Part shown: positions 23,756 through 29,175 of the stretch, piece after piece | How positions within the stretch are numbered: position 1 is the first letter of the stretch | Layout: every line of letters starts with the position of its first letter | From: Octopus sinensis | Lineage: Eukaryota | Direction: 5' to 3' | Assembly (NCBI RefSeq): GCF_006345805.1 | Contig: NW_021833556.1 | Location: 1-29,175, forward strand | Length of the DNA stretch: 29,175 nt | Position numbers and translations under genes: made by a program | The notes under the pieces: model-generated | Database searches by the model: none | Told to the model about the DNA's origin: nothing | Seen by the model: only the letters and a program-made list of their open reading frames with translations

Positions 23756-24521
23756 GGCGTCGAGCTGGCAGAAACGTTAGCACGCCGGACGAAATGCTTA
23801 CCGATATTTCATCTGCCGCTACGTTCTGAGTTCAAATTCCGCCGAGGTCGACTTTGCCTTTCATCCTTTCGGGGTCGATTTAAATAAGCACCAGTTACGT
23901 ACTGGGGTTTATATAATCGACTTAACCCTTTTGTCTGTCCTTGTTTTTCCTCTCTGTATTTAGCCCCTTGTGAGTAGTAAAGAAATAGAAATAGGTATTT
24001 CGTCTGCCGTTACCTTCTGAGTTCAAATTCTGCCGAGGTCGACTTTGCCTTTCATCCTTTCGGGGTCGATAAATCAAGTACCAGTTACGTACTGGGGTTT
24101 ATATAATCGACTTAACCCGTTTGTCTGTCCTTGTTTTTCCTCTCTGTATTTAGCCCCTTGTGGGTAGTAAAGAAATAGAAATAAATATTTTGTCTGCCGC
24201 TACGTTCTGAGTTCAAATTCCGCCGAGGTCGACTTTGCCTTTTATCCTTTCGGGGTCGATTTAAATAAGTACCAGTTACCAGTCTGGGGTTTATATAATC
24301 GACTTAACCCGTTTGTCTGTCCTTGTTTTTCCTCTCTGTATTTAGCCCCTTGTGGGTAGTAAAGAAATAGAAATAGGTATTTCGTCTGCCGTTACCTTCT
24401 GAGTTCAAATCCCGCCGAGGTCGACTTTGCCTTTTATCCTTTCGAGGTCGATAAATCAAGTACCAGTTGCGTACTGGAATCGATCTAGTTAATGGGTCTT
24501 GTGCCTAGAGCAGAAAAGAAT
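23756..24521 (+). mobile_element. SINE family A with four tandem ~191-bp internal units
   Basis: One head (ggcgtcgagctggcagaa). ctgccg...gagttcaaat recurs at 23813, 24004, 24194 and 24386. The last unit ends with the other 3' end (cttgtgcctagagcagaaaagaat). Confidence 0.95.
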
Positions 24522-24617
24522 AATACCACCACTACAAAGGAAGCTATGATCATCGCCAGTACTAACCGGTACTACTACCAAATCAATAACTAGCATCAAC
24601 AAGAACAGTATAATCTA

Positions 24618-25169
24618 TTACTCTTTTACTTGTTTCAATCATTTGACTGTGGCCATGCTGGAGTACCACCTTTAGTCGAGCAAATCAACCTCAGGACTTA
24701 TTCTTTGTAAGCCTTGTACTTATTCTAAGTTACGAGGACGTAAACACACCAGCATAGGTTGTCAAGCGATGTTGGTGGGAACAAACACAGATACACAAGC
24801 ATACACACACACACATACATATATACGACGGGCTTCTTTCAGTTTCCGTCTACCAAATCTACTCACAAGTCTTTGGTCGGCCTGAGGCTATAGTAGAAAC
24901 ACTTGCCCAAGGTGCCGCGCAGTGGGACTGAACCCGGAACCATGTGCTTGGTAAGCAAGCTACTTACCACACAGCCACTCCTGCGCCTATATATATATAT
25001 GCATATATGCGACGGGCTTCTTTCAGTTTCCGTCTACCAAATCCACTCACAAGGCTTTGGTCGGCCCGATGCTATAGTAGAAGACACTTGCCCAAGGTTC
25101 CACGTAGTGGGACTGAACCCGGAACCATGTGGTTTGTAAGCAAGCTACTTACCACACAGCCACTCCTAC
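24618..25169 (-). mobile_element. SINE family B with a duplicated head (full copy 24618-24987, second 5' part ~25000-25169)
   Basis: cgacgggcttctttcagtttccgtctacc...cttaccacacagccactcct occurs twice, joined through (TA)n. Confidence 0.9.
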
Positions 25170-25889
25170 TACAATTACAACAAATCTACCACTGCACCCA
25201 AACTATTTCCACTACAAAAGCTACCACTACACGGCATCTACATCACCATTGCAAACTACCACCACAACAACCAGCTATACGAACACCCACACTAGTTTGC
25301 AGTCGCGTTGTCACTCACCCCACCCATCCACCCGCTAACCATTCCTCACCCCCTCCCTACCACACCTTCTTTCCCCGTCCCCGCCCAGCCAACTCCTTGA
25401 CAGGGTTCGGCGTGACTATAACCGTTGTCTACGGCATCAGTAAACACTTCAGTACAAAGTGTGTACAGCACGTGCGCAATGTTATTGTTGCTGGTTGCGA
25501 TGGTGGTTGTGGTGGTGGTGGTGGTGGTGGTATGAGGAGGGGGTGTTTGTTGTTTTGGCTGAAGAGGACGGGGTGGATGTGGGAGGTGGCGGGTTGGCGA
25601 TCAGGGTGTTGTAAGCTGTTGTTACGGTTGTTCTTGTTGGATTTCTTTTTACTCCTTTTTTTTTCATTTTTCAAGGTAGTGGTGGTAGGGGTAGGGAAGT
25701 ACGGGGTAATGATGATGTGGGGTGATGGTGTTGTTGTTGTTGTTGTTGTTCGAGCTGTTGTAGTTATGAAGTATGCTGGATAGAGATTTAGCTTTTATTT
25801 CTAGTATGTTGGTCGACCGTGTAGAGGTTCGATGAAATGGTCGCGGTGCTGATGCTTGTAATATTGTTAGTGGTGATTGAGATGGCAGC

Positions 25890-26112
25890 GTCGGTGGTGG
25901 TGGTGGTGGATGGTGGTGGTGGTGGTGGTGGTGGTGGTGATGGTGGTTGTGGTGGTGGTGGTGGTGGTGGTGGTGGTTGTGGTGGTGGTGGTTGTGGTGG
26001 TGGTGGTGGGGGGGATGGTGGTGGTGGTTGTGGTTGTGGTTGTGGTGGTGGTGGTGGTTGTGGTGGTGGTTGTGGTGGTGGTTGTGGTGGTTGTGGTGGT
26101 GGTGGTGGTAGT
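25890..26112. repeat. (GGT)n/(TGT) microsatellite
   Basis: Direct reading; source of the poly-G/V/H ORFs. Confidence 0.95.
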
Positions 26113-26727
26113 TGAAGTTCATTTATCAGGTGGAAACATCTATCTTCAACAATATTTTTTACCAGTTATCAATTGAATTCGGCTCCGCAATCTGCGAGAA
26201 ATGCTAATTTGTGAAAGGCTAGCGTTTTATCCAGGAGAGTGGAGGTACGCATTCTGTCATTTTTTGCCCATATTAAAATATCAAATGCATACAAACTAAT
26301 GAGGTAACCTCTACATGGTCGTTCGATTTACTGGGGAGATCAACGAAATTTCACTTTTATCGTAACATGTTTTCTAAGAGTAAATAAACGACCATCGGAT
26401 GGTGTGGGTATATTGTTCTAGTAGTTGTAGTTTGGGAGATAGTGGCAGTACTACTAGTGTTGTGATACTAAGTATAGAACTAGTATTGTTTGTAGGTAGT
26501 CATAGTGTGGATAGGTGTAGAGGCGGTTGTACTAGGGTTGTTGCTGGTGTGTTTTTGTTTATGCAGATTGGAGTGATGAAATGGTAGTGCTGGTGTTTTT
26601 TAATCCGTCCTGTTCCAGCAGACCAAACTAGGCTCAAGATTTCCACAGCCATCTTGCCTTGCCTTGGGCCTTACTGCCTGATGAAGTCGTTGCGACATGC
26701 GGTGGCTTGCGTTGGGTATTTAGACTT

Positions 26728-26958
26728 GGCGGCGAGCTGGCAGACACGTTAGCTCGCCGGGCGAAATGCTTAGCGGTATTTCGTCTGTCGTTACGTTCTG
26801 AGTTCAAATACCGCCGATGTCTACTTTGCCTTTCATCCTTTCGGGGTCGATATATAAAGTACCAGCTTCGCACTGGGGGCGATATAATCGACTCAATCCC
26901 TTCGTCTGTCCTTGTTTGTCCCCTCTATGTTTAGCCCCTTCTGGGCAGTAAAGAAATA
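26728..26958 (+). mobile_element. Full-length SINE family A with an 11-bp TSD
   Basis: tatttagactt at 26717-26727 and 26959-26969 flanks ggcggcgagctggcag...gggcagtaaagaaata. Confidence 0.93.
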
Positions 26959-27379
26959 TATTTAGACTTGGGGGAGGGGAAAAAGAAGAAAAAGAAGAAG
27001 AAGAAGAAGAAGAAGAAACAACAACAACAGCAACACCACCATCACCAATAACAACGACGACGACGACAACAACAACGACAACAACAACAACAACCACCGT
27101 AACTTGTACTGAAGTTGTGCTTTATTCAACATCGAAAGGGATGAAAGGTGAAATCGGATATTGGCTGGATTTGAACTCGGTCTGCAATGACTTGGATTCA
27201 ATAACGCAAGATAACCTAGCAAACTCTCTAACCACACTACCAATCCGCTGCTTTCATTATGTATCTAGGAATACATTATTATTCAATGTAACCTTTATAT
27301 TATTAAGACGGAGGTCAATGATTTTTCGAGAGACTCAGCAGCTATTTCTAAGGTGAGCGACCATATAAAGGCTCATCCT

Positions 27380-27720
27380 TGGTTGTTGGTAGTGGTGGTG
27401 GTGGTCGTCGTCGTCTTTGTCGTCAGCGTTTTAGCGGTGGTGATGGTGATAGCGGTAGTGGTAGTGGTGGCGGTGGTGGTCGTCGTCGCTGTCGTCAGCG
27501 TTTTAGCGGTGGTGATGGTGGTAGTATGGTGGTGGTAGCGGTAGTGGTAGTGGTGGTACTAGTCGTGGTAATAGTAGTGGTAGTGGTGGCGGTGATGGTG
27601 GTCGTCGTTGTCGTCAGCGTTTTTGCGGTGGTGATGGTGGTAGTATGGTGGTGGTAGCGGTAGTGGTAGTGGTAGTAGTAGTTGTGGTAATAGTAGTGGT
27701 GGGGGGGGGGTGATGGTGAT
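27380..27720. repeat. GGT/AGT/CGT low-complexity region with a three-copy higher-order unit
   Basis: gtcgtcagcgtttt-gcggtggtgatggtg at ~27419, ~27491 and ~27610. Confidence 0.85.
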
Positions 27721-28024
27721 GCTTTGCGTGAGGGCTATGGTGCCGGTGGCAGCATGGGTAGGTGGTGCTGGCCGTACAAGTAGTGGTGTGGGTTGGTGGC
27801 ACCACTGCACATCGGGTGTCACACGTGCCATTTCTGTACGACTGGTCGCCATTTGCAATCTGGCATGGTATTTGTTTATCTGTTTTATTTATTTTAATAA
27901 TTTTTTTTTATATTTGTTTTTTTTTTTGTTTACTTTAGTAGTTTTCGATTGTTGCTAAGAGATGACCGACTGTACGGGCGAATTAAACGGTGTGGGGTGG
28001 GTGCCGGATGGGCATGGACTAGGA

Positions 28025-28800
28025 TATATATGTGTGTGTGTTTGTGTGTGTGTGTGTGTGAACGTGTGCGTGCATATGTATATGTGTAAGTGCATAAATG
28101 TAGACGCATATGTGCTTATGTTTGTTTGAACTTCTAAGCGGTGTGTTTACAGTGAAATAGGTTATGTGTGTGTGGTGTGTGTGTGTGTGTGTGTGTGTGT
28201 GTATCTGTGTGACTGCATGTGTGTGCGAATACTAAATGTTAGCGTTTGTTCTTGCGGTATGTTTGATAAGGGGATGTTGAAAGCGTAAAGCTGTGGGTTG
28301 TGCGCATGCGTGTATGTATGCCTGTGTATGTAGAACTATATGTGTCCTTGGCTGCACAACTGTATATGTGCGAATGTTTGTATTTTAGTGTATGTGTATG
28401 TGTGTGTGTATAACGCATGATTGCGTATAAATTTATACTACTCTGCGCATGTATGTATAAACGCGTCTGCTTGTTTATATATGGTACGCGTTGTTTTGTT
28501 TCCATGCGTGTACATCGCGTACAATGTCGACTATTTTACGCGTGTGTGAGTGTATAGAATGTAAGAGCGTGTATAAGCGTGTATATGTATCTCCATGATG
28601 CGTTACAGAATCGAGTCAGTTGTGTGTGTGTGTGAACGTGTATCTGAGAGAGTATACGAGTGTTTGTATGCATGTGCGCATATAGATATGAGCCTGTGTG
28701 TGTATGTGCTTCTGTGTGCGTGTGTGTCCTTCTCTGTGTGTGTGTGTGTGTGTCTGTGTGTTTGTAATTGCGACTACGTCTTTCATATGCTATATGTATG
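28025..28800. repeat. Degenerate (TG)n-rich region
   Basis: Direct reading. Confidence 0.85.
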
Positions 28801-28987
28801 GGTTATATGTGTGTTAATGTGTGCAGGTAAGTGTTTATATATTATAAACATTTGTCAGTTCTTAACCCTCTCCGAAAATGGAATTTATATATATATATAT
28901 ATATTTAGTTGTCCCATTTACTGAATTATCTGCTCCTAAATTACGGGAACTATTCATGTAATAGGCTTCCACTCAGTTTCACCCTGT

Positions 28988-29175
28988 TGATGATGATGAT
29001 AATGATGATGATGATGATGGTGAAGATAGTGATGATAGTGATGGGTATGATGGTGATGATGAGGAGGAGAGAGGAAGATTGTGGTGGTGGTAGTGAGGAT
29101 GATGATAGCGGCGATGATGTCGACGATGATGAAGATGATGATGATGATGAAGATGATGATGATGATGATGATGAT
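28988..29175. repeat. (GAT)n microsatellite running off the window
   Basis: Direct reading. Confidence 0.95.

Noticed and set aside
24944-25783. 279-aa ORF
   Set aside because: It is stitched from antisense SINE B and ACC/GGT low-complexity tracts.

Overview
Repeat-dominated, AT-rich eukaryotic non-coding DNA (intron or intergenic). The SINE families and microsatellite load look like an Octopus/coleoid cephalopod genome; this is recognition, not a search result. No intact host gene is supported, and almost all ORFs in the track are translated microsatellites. The supported content is: (1) a 5'-truncated, frameshifted Penelope-like retroelement (Cys-rich linker plus GIY-YIG endonuclease) followed by a minimal type I hammerhead ribozyme motif; (2) three non-autonomous Helitron termini/elements, two sharing ends but not interiors; (3) an internally deleted mariner with TIRs and transposase remnants; (4) about 20 tRNA-derived SINE copies from at least three families, several with target-site duplications, with module swapping and tandem arrays; (5) a near-perfect ~0.96 kb tandem duplication, a diverged 294-bp duplication and a 24-bp minisatellite. 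I see no convincing new biological system. The best leads are the PLE plus hammerhead, the modular SINEs and the Helitrons.
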